A stretch of DNA of 63,658 bases, the filler included, from Choristocarpus tenellus KU-1152 (taxonomy: Eukaryota > Protista > Phaeophyceae), in assembly GCA_964200185.2 (NCBI GenBank). It is 11 parts of 11 records of this genome, joined end to end, with 100 filler letters (N's around TTAATTAATTAA, not from the genome) between each part and the next. Parts side by side here need not be neighbours in the genome. Positions count along the whole stretch, not along the records: positions 47,012 to 52,771 come from CAXNAD020009823.1; positions 52,872 to 55,521 come from CAXNAD020025958.1; positions 55,622 to 60,845 come from CAXNAD020011446.1; 8 more parts are not named here. One strand, given 5' to 3'. A model generated the notes under the pieces. That model saw only the letters and a list, made by a program, of their open reading frames with translations, was not told where the DNA came from and did not search any database. Shown here in pieces: positions 47,012 to 59,855 of the stretch. The position numbers and the translations under genes were made by a program. Numbering within the stretch: the first letter of the stretch is position 1; each line of letters begins with the position of its first letter.

Positions 47012-47965
47012 CTATGCCAGTATTCTTGGGAAACTCATGTTCTTAGCAGGCATGACTCGACCAGACCTGGCTAATAGTGTTCGTGAACTGGGGCGTAGAG
47101 CAGCATCTCCATGCATGCGACACTGGCGCGGATTACAGCACGTTCTGCGCTACGTAGCAGGGACATTGGAAAAGATATGAACGAGAGAGAAGAAGAACTC
47201 CTGGTTGGGTATGGAGATTCTGACTGGGGCACAGACCAACAAACACGCAGGAGTGTTACAGGGTTCATAATCCTGCTCAACGGATCACCGATCGCCTGGC
47301 GCTCTAAGCTTCAAGGTGCTGTCACCCTCTCCAGCTCGGAGGCAGAGTGGACAGCAATGGCATACGGCATGCGTCACTGCATTTTCCTTCAAGGCATTCT
47401 GGGGGAGATCAGCACAATGCAGGACCAGAGTCCCTGGTTCTGTGACAACCACGGTGCTATCCAGGTGGGCAGCATCACAGGCTGCAACGGGAGAATGAAG
47501 CACGTGGACATGAAGCTGAAGTGCACCAGAGAGTACGGGGGGGATCAGGGTCTGTTCCACATACAATACGTTACATCCAAACAGCTGGCCGACATTTTGA
47601 CCAAGTCTTTGCACAAGAGCCTTACTTCTGATTTTGTGCATTCCATGCTTTCGCGTTAGGGGTGAGCTTTGTCAGCAACTTTGCCGCACGCTCATGGGGG
47701 AGTGTGCAATATAGGCTGGTAGGTTAGGAGTCATGGGTTCGAGTCTCGACAGACTCGTTCGTTTCTTTTTGGTTTGCTACAAGTGGCTGACGCAGCTATG
47801 ATTGACACAGAACGACTGATGCAGTGCGACTGACATAGACACGTTCTGATGTGTCTGCTGACGTGCGCAGCAGGTAACGAGGCAGGGCACCCCCCTTCAA
47901 GGGATGGCGCTCACTCCGCTAATTAATTCATCCATACCATATAAAGCAAAAACTCTATTCAAACA
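47012..47965 (+). mobile_element. 3' end of a Ty1/copia LTR retrotransposon (RT end, RNase H, PPT, 3' LTR ~47703-47965)
   Basis: LGKLMFLAGMTRPDLA, YGDSDWG..TRRSVTG, WRSKLQ..VTLSSSEAE, CDNHGAI, KHVD, LADILTK. PPT ATGGGGGAG is followed by TG; probable end ...TCAAACA. Confidence 0.92.
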
Positions 47966-48296
47966 GCTCTTTTGCACAAATATCAATATCACAAAAGATG
48001 AGTAGCCTATGTTTCAACACCGTCCAGACCTTCCTACACTCTTCAAATATAACTCATCTTAAGTAAAATTTTCCGAGGAATTCAACACAAAAATCCACTT
48101 TGAAATCGGAGGTCATCCTGAAGAGGTACATGCATATAGGAACAGACTTATAAGACAGAGGGAGTAATTCCAAGTATACATAGAGCATAATTGTATGATA
48201 GTAAAATAGTGGTAACAAGCGGAGTATGTTCTGTCTCAGATAATGCAATCAGGGTTACACAGTGCACAGTACCCAGTATTTTTTTTCATCATTTAC

Positions 48297-50387
48297 CTTG
48301 ATCGCAGAATTTTCAGGGCCTTGTTCCTGTTCATGTGCTGGGACCTTTCATCCTGTGGAGCGAATTATTACAGGATGTGTACCATTAAAATAGTGCTCTG
48401 GCTTGTTGCCTATTGGAACATGCAACTGTAGTCTTCAAGGGGAATACATGTCAACAGCAATAAACTCTTAATAGAATGTCTTGAGATTGTGACGATTGAA
48501 TTGCGTTAATTTATTGAAGCCAAGAATAGTCAACATGGTCATCGAAGATTTTTCACAGTGAGAAATAGTAAGATTTTTCATCATGCGTATGCATGTTCTG
48601 TGACAAATTTTAAACTTCCTCATGCTGCTTAGCATTTCCTCATCTCAACACTGCACACATGCTTCAATTGAATGAAAACCACCAAACCATTTCAATTCAC
48701 AGCACTTGCAAATGCGTATGCACTGCTCCTGTACGACAAATACATTTCCTGTCAAATTTGAGAATATGTTGATTAAGCAAGGTGTTGATTCTACCTACCT
48801 GTATAGATACTGTTATCCCTGTAGGAGCATGGGTTATTCGAACAGCGCTCTCTGTGGTGTTGACATGTTGTCCCCCTGCCCCAGATGCACGAAAAGCATC
48901 TATTCGAAGTTCACTGAAGTGGGACAGAGGTATATGAGCAAGTTGTGGTGGACACATCCCTAAACAAATTATCACAGGTATCTCATAAGTTCCTTAGAAT
49001 ACTACCAATTTCATGACTCCATGACTGAATCTGCCGGGATACCATTTGGTAGTGTATCCTCACAAAGTTAGGACAAGCGATGAAGACCTGTTGTTGCTAG
49101 CAAAGCAAGCACACATGGCATGAAGGGAGAGCTTTTATCATCTTTGAAATATCTTGCCTGCATGCAAGTGCAAATATTCAACACTATAAACTTATTGTTA
49201 GGCATCTTGAGGCCATATAAAACAGACCCATAGCAATAATAACCTAGTATGAGGTTTGGGATGTCACCAAATATTACAAAAACAGTGAGGAATTTGCAGT
49301 TTCTTGACTTCAAGTCACAATTTTCAGTATAGCAGTCATTAGAGACATCCAGTTGAGAGTCTTCAGTCCATGTAAGGTGAGAGAGAATTGCTCGAACAAT
49401 CAGAAGAATTATGGCATCCTCAGGCCAACATCCACATGTGTCACATACCAAAGAAAAAGATCGAGGGAATATCTTTTGTCCTCAAACATGCAGAAAAAAT
49501 TATAAAGAAAATTCCCCACACAGGTAATAATGTGTAATAATGGAAGGGAACAACAGACCTTGGATCTATGTCAACATCAAGTTGTTCCGCCTCTGGAAGT
49601 ACCGCCACTGTCATTGTACTCGAATGCAAGCGCACATCATTTGCTGGTACACGTTGGACCTGAGAATGTGATATGTTGAGTCTATGGACAACTGTATAGC
49701 AGTACTGATGTACAGTCCAGTGCAAAAGCAGAGCTAAATTTGCATTGATCCAGCGATCAGACTACTACTAACTAAAACCGCAAAAGTCCTTCCTCACCCG
49801 ATGGACACCACTCTCATACTTGAGGGTGCCAAAAACAAATGTGCCACAGATGGATGCAGCTGCCTCTCTGAGACCACCTAAGTGCAGACATGGGACAAAA
49901 CGGAGGCAACGTACTATGGGCCTCTTGATGTCATAAAAGGATGCAACATTGTTGCTAAGTCCAGCCCATCTTCTGGTGTTCTTACACTTATGTAACACTT
50001 CTTGCACCACAAGATGCCCCCTACTGTATAAGCCCTGTTCACAGTTTTGTCTGATACATGTAATACACATCTCCATGAACTCTAGTAGCTGTTTTTCGAG
50101 TCTAAAATTATGCTTGTACACTAGATCGTGAACAATCAGATGCAGAGCACTCCCATAGTGTAGAGCCTGCTGGAACTGCAATGTCAACCTGGTGCATTGC
50201 AGACAAAGTGATGAAAATGCTCTCACCTGAATCAAACATGCTTTGATGCAGCTCTTGAAATTTCCACCCCTTAAGTGCTGAGAACCTACGGTACATCTCA
50301 AACATCTCACGAGCAAATAAAGCAGCCTCTTCCCCTCCAGTGCCACTCCGGATCTCCAAGACAACATTTTTGGAGTCAGTTTCATCC
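48297..50387 (-). CDS. prfA: Organellar (probably mitochondrial) class-I peptide chain release factor, RF1 type; internal exons 50227-50387, 49798-49877, 49559-49659, 48799-48913, 48297-48352
   Basis: Spliced peptide includes [25 protein letters not shown]|[44 protein letters not shown] and Q|[13 protein letters not shown]. All joins canonical and in phase. Confidence 0.95.
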
Positions 50388-50511
50388 CTATCAACAGTTG
50401 TACACACAGGCAGCTTCAAATGCTGTCACGATCTATTAGCATTGATAGTAATATTTAGTGCTCAACAATATTGTACATCACCAGGATAGAAACTTCAAAT
50501 TTGTTTCATGG

Positions 50512-51886
50512 CTATTGGGGCCCTTGACCAACAAAAAGTAGCTGCCAAGCCCTCTCAAGTGTGGTTTCATCATACTCATACTGTTTCTTAATGACCTTCA
50601 CCATCTCCTCGACGGACCCAAACCACTCCCTCATTACCCGGCATTTCAAAGACCTGAAGAAGCACAGGTCCATGATATTGAGGTCGGGGGAGTTAGATGG
50701 CTGCATCACAATCTAATGGATCACCCCTCAGTCTTCCTTGCCCCTGACAAAATTTCTGAGTTGCCCTTGCCCGTGTTGGGGGTGGCACAGTCTTGCTGAA
50801 CGACAACTTGCTTCCCATACAACCAAGGCATCTTTGGTCTTGATTGCAGGCAGTAACCCCTCCGTGTACCACTTCCTGTACCACAAATGGTCTAAAGTGC
50901 AGTCCTGCTCATACACATCCCCCTTTCATGGGTTCTTGCTTGTCCTGTCTGTCGTTTTTGGCGCACACACACGCCAAACTCCAAGTTTCCATCAAAGCTG
51001 TGAGCCGAATCTGGGTGGGCGTTGGCTGCAATCATCATGGCTTTGGGGTTATGACTTTTGTGGTGGACAGTATGGGACCATGGAAGGTCGCTATCATCCT
51101 CATCCAGAAATACCCTCATCCTTTACCCATCAGCCATCACGTAAAACCAGGTTTCACCCACATGGAGGCGTACACACCACGTTTCAGGTCCACTTGATTG
51201 CAAACAGTCCATTCTCCATACCTTTTGCCACAATTTAAGCTTGGGTTTGATCCAGCGGCGATTCAGCATGGCCTCCATATCATCCAACCACCTCTTTATG
51301 GTGCTCATGGTATAATTCAGTCCCTTGGCGGCCACCTTCATTGTCACCTGACGAAATGTGGATGATTTGTCGGAGTTGATACTATATATTGCGGCCATCT
51401 TGGTTGATGTGAGCTCCGAAGGCCGCCCACTACGCACCGCTACCCCTAGGTCAAGCATGTGGCCACGGGCGAGCTGATCGACGACGTCCTACCACAGCCC
51501 TGGTATGTAATGCTTGGACACTCCAACCTCCGCCACGAAGGCCGGCCCAACGTGTCATGGCAATTTATGCTCATCAGGGACTATCGCAAGGGCGCGCCGC
51601 ACTGCAAGCGCAACCCTGATATTAAGGGTCGGAGGGTGGGTTGCCATGCCGACGTTCTGACCCTCGACATGCCCAGTTCTGGTCTCAAAATCAACTCAAA
51701 AGACCCCTACTTCGACGGCTTGAAGAACCTCGAGTTTGTACCCGATGATCCTCAACCCTCACCTTTTCTGAAAGCTGAAATTCTCAACCCGATTTAATTC
51801 TGGGGGTTATCGTCCGATTCAGTCCCGTTCTCGCTCAGCGACCCTAGATGTTTCGTGGTACAAACTTATGGCAAAGACAGAGGTAG
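50512..51886 (-). mobile_element. Degenerate mariner-like element of the plant DD39D (Soymar1/Osmar) type, upstream of the first visible RF1 exon
   Basis: SGRPS, HVGETWF (HIDEKWF-like), HKSHNPKAM, FDG and QPSNSPDLNIMDLCFFRSL motifs across frameshifts; probable ATG at 51647. TIR TA|CTACCTCTGTC ends at 51886; the other TIR was not found. Confidence 0.88.
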
Positions 51887-52871
51887 TATATATATATAAA
51901 TATTTTTATGGGAAAGTTGAAGGAGTTGTGAAGACGTACGTATCATTTTTACCCAGGAATCTTGTACCACAAATCGTGTACTGAGCGCAATTCGATGTTG
52001 GAATGGTGACAAATCCCGATCTGTCGATATAACCTTGTTGCTTGCCATGTATACATGATTTACGAATCATTCAACATTTGTCCCTTATGTATCGAGTTTC
52101 AGAGTCAAAATATAGGAGAGTTTGTTTCATTTTAAGGATGCCAGCAAAAAAGTCTAAAATTCGACTTTTCTTTACAAATTGTATCAAAGATTTTCAAACA
52201 CTAGAGATGTCAACCCTCTCAGTTTCAAAATTGGTATTTTGTAGAAGTGTCAAAGGTGCCAAGTTCTCTGCTCAACCACAATCACCGGACTGAAACTCCT
52301 TTACCTCAGAGGGTGAGACCGAGTTTCAAAGGCCTTGGCTCAACATCTCAGAACAGATGAGGAAATCCAGCACAGAGCAAAAACCTTAAAACACAACAGA
52401 TGTTCCCGAATGACTGAGCAACGTTACAGCCCCCCCCAGTGTGGATTTTATCCAACACGAACACAAAATGGCTAGCCAGCACTTCATGTCGGACAGGTCT
52501 ATCTTTGGGAGGAAAAAAAACACCAAACATCCTGGTTGTATCAACTCAGGGTAGATACACAAAAGCTGGAGCACTAGTGGTGATCAGCCCTAGGTCACAC
52601 TCTAGTCCAAGTGAAATCCGTGTTAACGGGTGGATAGCGTAGTGAGAAAAATGGCATGCACCTGCCTGTCTCCTACGTGCCTCCCGGGGATACGAGTAAA
52701 TGAAGCTCATTATCACCACAGCTTTGAACAGTCGATTTCAAAAATTGAGGATGGAGCTTTTCATTGAGGATNNNNNNNNNNNNNNNNNNNNNNNNNNNNN
52801 NNNNNNNNNNNNNNNTTAATTAATTAANNNNNNNNNNNNNNNNNNNNNNNNNNNNNNNNNNNNNNNNNNNN

Positions 52872-54560
52872 GTCAACTGGCAAAGGCTGGGCTGGGCGAC
52901 GAGTATTGGTTCTTTGCCATCACGGACGTCGCCTTCAAGACTGGAGGCATGCCACACAAATACCTGGGAGGAGAGACGCCATGCGAGCGTCTAAAAGGAA
53001 AATCCTTCAACTACGATAGGCTTTGGGCCTGAGGGAGCGAGTGCTATGTTCACCAGGCCAAGCAGCAGAGAGGGGCCAGTGCAAAGTTTCACCCATACGC
53101 CAAGCAAGGTGCAATAATGGCACAAAATCGTACATCACTATGCTGGCACATCTGGCTTCCTCAAGAGGCCAAGTTGGCGACCTCTCACGTAACGTTCGAG
53201 CCAGAGGAATACATCATGGACTTCGTGGGGGAAAGAGAGACCATGACTTCAACGGATGATGAAGAGATTTCTGATACTGAAGACGACTCTGATCGGGATT
53301 TCGATATTGCGGTCGATCCGATGCCCCCAAGCAACAGCCGGGGGCAAGAACTCGACAAGTTCACCTAGTGGACAACGGAGGTCAGCCAGGATAGCTGCAC
53401 AACCCAGGGTGGACTACGCGGGTTTACACTCTGGAGATACACAATAACTGGGAGAGAATATAGTGAATCTGCTCAGATCAAGCACGGATGATGCATACTG
53501 TTTGATGGGCATGGCAGGTGACATCTCAATAGGTCACCAGGAGCCATCAACAATCACAGAAGCCCTCGCAGGGCCTGATGCAGAACACTTGAAGAAGGCA
53601 ATGGAACAAGAAATGGAGGGCCAACGAACCAAAGGAACCTTCCATGAGGGAGAGAGTCTTCCACCAAGGAGGAGACCCGTCAAAACCAGATTAATATTCA
53701 AAATCAAAAGGAAGAAATGCAATATTCCTCAGATGCATCCTGGGGGAGCTGGGCATACTCAAAGGGGTCACGGTTTGGTATGGAGATAATCAAGGTGCAA
53801 TCCAAGCAGCAGTAATCGAAGGCTTTAACGGAAGAAATGGGCATGCCGACATCAAGCTGAAATACACCAGGGAAAATGTCAATAAAGGATTTTTTAGATT
53901 AAAGTATATACCCACGACACTCCAACTTGCAGACTTATTGACCAAAAGATTACGCAAGAAGCAGGTAGAGACTTTGTAGACACTGTGTTGAGTAGATGAA
54001 TGCCGTGTGTTAAACTTGAAGTAATCTGCGTTCATTTAGTGCGTTAACAAGATAAATGTGGAGTGAAAGTATCTTAGAGGGTACGAGTTTTGCCCTGTTT
54101 GTCCATTTGGGGCTTGGCTTTCCGTGCTTTTTTTTATGACAATTTCCTACTCCAAAATGTTTCGGACTAGGTAAAATGTATGCGTTATGAAAAGGTGTGT
54201 CTGCAACAATGATATTGAAACTTTAAAATTAAAATGATAGGCAGAATTATTAAAATCGCGACATTAGAGTTTGGTCCCCAAACTCACGCCGCTGTACTCT
54301 CTAAGATACTTTGGCTCTGTGATGTGTGTGAGAATTGAACCAATCTGACGTCTTTTACTTCCAGTTTCATGGGAAGTGTGCAGAATGGGGAGTGTACAAT
54401 ACGATGTTTTAGGTTTGAGAGTTCCAGCAACTCTTTCATTGCCTGCACTCTCATGGGGGAGTGTGCAAAATAGGACAATAGTGAGGTGTACCTTATTTTG
54501 TGTATGAGAGATAGTAATTTTGATTGAGTCCATGTGATGTAACTAATGAGAAAGCACATC
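52872..54560 (+). mobile_element. Internally deleted Ty1/copia element (integrase end, RT start, RNase H end, PPT/LTR start)
   Basis: AGLGDEYWFFA..GETP.ERL (integrase), EPSTITEAL..AM.QEM..VKTRLIFKIK (RT start), DNQGAI..HADIKLK..QLADLLTK (RNase H end), ATGGGGGAG|TGTGCAA at ~54453-54468. Confidence 0.88.
54061..54317 (-). mobile_element. MITE family A with TGTG TSD, nested in the copia remnant
   Basis: tgtg|GAGTGAAAGTATCTTAGAGGG...CTAAGATACTTTGGCTC|tgtg. Confidence 0.92.
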
Positions 54561-55794
54561 AGAATTATGAATGGAATATTTATAGTTTTTTTGTTTGCAT
54601 TAGACTACTTTGATTTAATTTGTTGACTTCTGTAGGAATAAACAAGCAATGAGAAGACACCCCACAAAGGTCACCCTTCTAATTTCAACCATCCATTCTT
54701 TTCACGTTCAGCGAAAGGGGTCGAATGAGGCTTCACACCTTCTTATCTTCGCTACTGACAAATAGCATTACCTCCCAAGCTAATTTGTACAGTCTTGATC
54801 TAACCCTCCTCGTCCTGCCTCACCAGAACGAGGTTGTCTTTTCAGTACTGGTCCTACCTTCCTCCTTTCTGCCTTCACCTACCACCCATTTCTTTAACTT
54901 CTCTCCTACCTCTCTGATACATTTTGGTATGGGTTACATGTTGGAAGTAGTAATGAGCGAATTTCACCCCATCTCGTCTCCATTCCCTACAAATAAATGA
55001 TGTGTGGCCTATCGTGGAATCCAAGGAATGTCCTCCAATCTACATTATTACTCTGGAGTACAGTATTTTGATATCTGACATTTTGGAGATGTGTCATCCC
55101 AAATCTACTCCTTCATTCTACACTATCCTACATCATTATGCAGGCAGGTAATCGACTGCATTCACATCAATATCACATTCTCAAATACTACACTAAAAAA
55201 GCATTATCACTATAAACCATCAAGATACAATTTAACAGTGTGCTACAACCTTCGTCTCCCCATTAATCTTCCTCCCTCTTGGACACTGTAGTTCCTGATG
55301 AACTAAAAAAATGTAAAAAGCTTGAAGGAGGGCCAAATTTGCTTCCACCCGATTTTTTGTGTCAATACCCACTTCTTACCAATAAACAGAGGATTTTCAA
55401 AATTGAGGATGGAGCGGGGCTATTAGGATGGTTGTTCTGCGAAAACGGTCTTAAAAAAGTACCGAAAGTTTTTTTTTTTTTGACTGTTTTTGCACTTGGA
55501 AGGGCCCCTTTTATGACCTTTNNNNNNNNNNNNNNNNNNNNNNNNNNNNNNNNNNNNNNNNNNNNTTAATTAATTAANNNNNNNNNNNNNNNNNNNNNNN
55601 NNNNNNNNNNNNNNNNNNNNNGTGGGGATTAGGTTTGGAAGAAATGCATTTTTAATAGAGGCACGTAGTGCCAAAAGCTAAGCTAAATCTATCAAGAGGT
55701 AACAAAAGCAACTCAGTGAATTACTCTTGCACACCTTCTACCTTTCCATATGTAGAAAAGGTATACCCCAGTCATACAGCCTGTCCTACCTCAC

Positions 55795-58700
55795 CTTTTC
55801 CTCTAGTGAATCCAGTATAAGTTGTCTTGCCTCAGAAGGCATACCCCCCACTCCCCCTTCATCGGAATCTTCCCTGATGGTACCTCCAACATTTTGAGGT
55901 GGTTGGCTTCCATTGGAGCCCACCGTATTCTCCTGTGCAGTGCCACACAGGTGTGCTGACACCTTCTTATAGAGCATGTTGATCTCTCCTACCTGTTTTG
56001 AGGTATGTATTATGATTTCAATGTTGGTGAAGATTTGTGCAACTTAGTACTTCCCGCTGTATGTGTGAGGGCTGCACCATTGGTTCTGTTCTGGATAGAG
56101 CTAGGGTTAGGACTAGGATTTTGTTGATCACTTTTTTGTGGCCTACTACAATCACTTTGGATTAACTTCTTGATGCTAGCTTGATGGGAAAAGGGCAGAA
56201 TCTGTGTCTGAGAATGAGACAATGTGATGGGCTTTGGAAGGGGGGTATTGTGAACATGACACTGTGACTTAGTTCACCACAAGAGAAGGTGGAGGGAACA
56301 GCCCCTCCTCCCGAAATATGTTATACAAAGCAAAATGGCGGGGATACAATACCAATTGAGAATCAAGCCATTACACTGCACGTTTGTGATGAGGATTCAA
56401 ATAAACAAATTATACCTTCCTCCTCCTCTCCTGTAGAATATTTCAATACTCGGAAGACCTTTTAACTATTACATATTTTATGTTGTCAATGTGTGATTGT
56501 GTGCATCTTTTGTGCAATTGTGGGAGCAAATAGGAATGAGAGAGTCAGACAACAAAGAGTACTTGTATATTCTAAGACCTCGTGCCAAAGTCAACCATCA
56601 CAAAATTTGGTGCATTTTCCCAGGTCGTATCATCACCTAACTTTGTCAATGCTATGCTACGTATTCCATGCCAGTAAATATGAATCAGAAACATATACCT
56701 AAGGGTGCTTCTTATCAAACCTGCCGACTCTCTTTAATCACTGCCTCTGGGTGGCTCATGGCCCACATGCCAAGCTTCAGAGGATCATGGAAACAGCTCC
56801 TCGCCACTTCGGCAAGGCTGCATCCCGCCTGCAAAGACTTGATCTATTTCCATTGTTGGCGTTTTTTCCGGCAAGGAAATGTAAAGCAAGGGAATGGGAA
56901 GATCTCGGTCTACAGTGGGGAAAAAATGGTAGCTGTGAACCACAAGGCACTTAATGATATATTTTATCTGTCACATGCCCTCCACATTGAGGAAAAGGTC
57001 ACTGATACCCGATTGATAGATCGACTGAATTGATTACGCAAACTAGTCCAATCCACAATGCATGATGCAATGGTGCCACAAAACATCGCCTAGATGATAT
57101 TATGGAGAAGGAAGCATCTTACAACAGGCTTTGACCCGTGCTCAAATACTAAACACACAAAAATGAAAGCAAAAAGAAAGGATATTTATGGCCAAAATAA
57201 CAGAGACACAGAAACGCAACAAGATTTGCGGATTTAATAAGAAAGAGCTGCAGAGTGAGAATCAAAGCTGATGCACGTATGAGTGTGTGCTGGTTCTACC
57301 TCGTGCTTGGATGGGTTTTGCTCAGATCAATCTCTACAAGTGCGTATTGCGAACATTTCAGTAAACTCGCTAACATTGGTAGGTATCAAGAATTTCATTA
57401 GCTCCTCCTTCACCCACGCACTCACCAGGCGATTCCCTTCTTTGATTCGCCCACTCAGGGCATTGAAGGCCATGCGATTCTTGTGAGATATTGGTTGTTC
57501 ATATACAGGGACTTGGTCTGGTGTTGCAACATCAGCAGCAGAGACCAAAGTGCCGGCTGCAGGCGCAGCAGGACGAGCCTTGCTATCCTGGAGACCATGG
57601 TCATGACATTGTATAAGGGTCAGTTTGTTTTGCAAAGACGAGCTTATGCTTCCAATTTGAGATGATTGGCCAATGCCAAACACAGCACCAGCTCTCCCTG
57701 CCTTTCTTCCTGTTGGCTACGACTAGGACAATAATAGTGTTAACCTTAAGGTCATCTTCAGAATGGATGCTCTTCTTAGTAGCCCTGATCGTTCCCTTTG
57801 CCACATTCTCTCGCCTGGTGCCATCGGGGTTGGCCTCATTCTCACTTAATCGCTGGACCTATTTGTTGTTTGGGTTTGGGTAGGTGAATAGGGATGTTGA
57901 TTTGATGTTTGCTTGTGATGGCATGCGTGCACTGCACGGATTAGAAAGATGACTATTGAGAATTTAACATTTGGTGAAAAAGCTTCAACTTCCATTGTCA
58001 TCGGAAAGAATGGACGGCCCCAACGGTATCACTTGAGGGAGGAAAAAGATCTTGGATACCTTGGTGAATATTTTCCAATGTTGTATAGCTGGGGCCAAGT
58101 ATACCTACGAATTACAGGGCGGAATGTTGCGCACTCCAACGAAAAGGAATGCATCACTAATTATAGAACTCTTGCTACAATAACTCACCGAAAATACAGT
58201 CACTAAAGTGTGACTCCCAACCCAAGGCGAGTTCAGAGCACACTCTTGTTCTGAGTCACTGCATCACATCACTCATCTCATAGTTTCAATCTACTTGACC
58301 TCCTCACTCTATACATATTGTCTCCATATCAAAGGAGGGTCGACCTACCTATTCGTTACTGACTCCGATATAATCCCAGAGAATTGAAGTAATCACGTGA
58401 AATTAGGTGAGCTTTAGAATTGTCTTGATCTTTCTTCAATTCGTTCCTAGATAGAAATGCAGTTTCTCTCACTTGTTTGCATTTGCAACCTATACGTTCA
58501 TAGTTTTGCAGTGAACCGCAAGAACACACTTCTACATAATAACTTTGAATTTCAAACGAGATGCTCTGCCGCGAGACCTAGATATCTCCTAGAAAATTCA
58601 ACCTATACTCAATCCTGCTTCTGTCACTCCGTGGTGATCGACTTGGTGATTTCTGCAGGTTAAATTTCCTCCTTGGTGAGGACGAGGATTTCCACTTCCC

Positions 58701-59855
58701 CAGTGCCTATGCCATGAACAGTACACGACCCCGATTGACTCCTATCTGTTGTGACCTGTCCGACAGTTCGATGAAAGCTTCCTGGATGAACCAGTCTCCT
58801 TGCTATTTCCAAATCGAGGTCCACATCATTTATTCTCTAGGGTGATGAGTGCCACCGTCCTCAACAACAACCGTTACCCAACAGCACTAGATACTAATGT
58901 ATACTCCCAAACAGTAGGTGGGTACTATTGCAAATGATTCTCTCGTACGACTCGTCGGTTATCTAACCTTCATACCTGCATATTAAGTTCAAAGATAGAA
59001 CACGAAATACGAATTACGAAGTAGGTCAAGTATCCACGGCCAAGGCTTGATTGATGAATGCATCCCTGCAGGTACTACAAGTTAGAAATTGAGTCCTGGA
59101 AGCATTTTTCCTTCGATACACTTGAACTAAATCTAGTCCATGTTTCTTACCTCCAAGCCGAACACGCTGGTCATGTCGTATGGGGAAGTCCTCTTATCGT
59201 TGCCATCTGCACGATGAGTGCTCCTTCTACGCCCATCTCCCTTGAAAAGGCCTTTATCACGATGCTGCATTCGAATTCCCGCATGAGAATTCCTTCTTCC
59301 CCGTTGTGAAGTAGCTTTGATTGACCGACCCGCAGGGGTGAACCCCGAATGGAAGTCTTTCGTCACGACTTCAGTCTCAACCCCTGCAGCGTCACGGCGA
59401 CAAATCACGACATCATGGTCATGAGTGGGTGGGAGATACACAGCGCTGTTCACTATTCGAATGGGCATTTGGGACCATCTGTATCTTCCTTGGAAGCGTA
59501 GAAACAGCGGAAGACAATGGCTAAGAAAGATTACAGACAACAGTGTATTGGGGGTGAGTAAGGTAGTAACTACTATTAACCACTATTCCGGAAGAATCCG
59601 TCCGTCCATCCGTCCTTGCACTCTCCCAACTTGTATCAACTTTTATCTGAGGTTGGAACGTCAATCTAAAGTACGTCCACAACTATTATTGAGGTGAGGC
59701 GCATCTTCTTCGCCAGTTCAAGGTTCAAGACCTGTTATTACCTGTTCCCTTCCGTGTCGAGCTGATACTTTCTTCGGCAGTTGCGGTCGAAGTGCTCCCT
59801 TTCCAACCCTTTGCAATGGTACGGTCGGTTATGAGGTGGTGTGTGGGAAGACTCT
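55795..59855 (-). CDS. Multi-exon gene of unknown function (exons near 59740-59855, 59150-59400, 58605-58705, 57746-57857, 57426-57587, 56721-56843, 55795-55992)
   Basis: Series of AG/GT-bounded open segments, e.g. VQRLSENEANPDGTRRENVAKG.., DSKARPAAP..NRMAFNALSGRIKEGNRL, IKSLQAGCSLAEVARSCFHDPLKLGMWAMSHP. No domain recognised. Confidence 0.5.
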
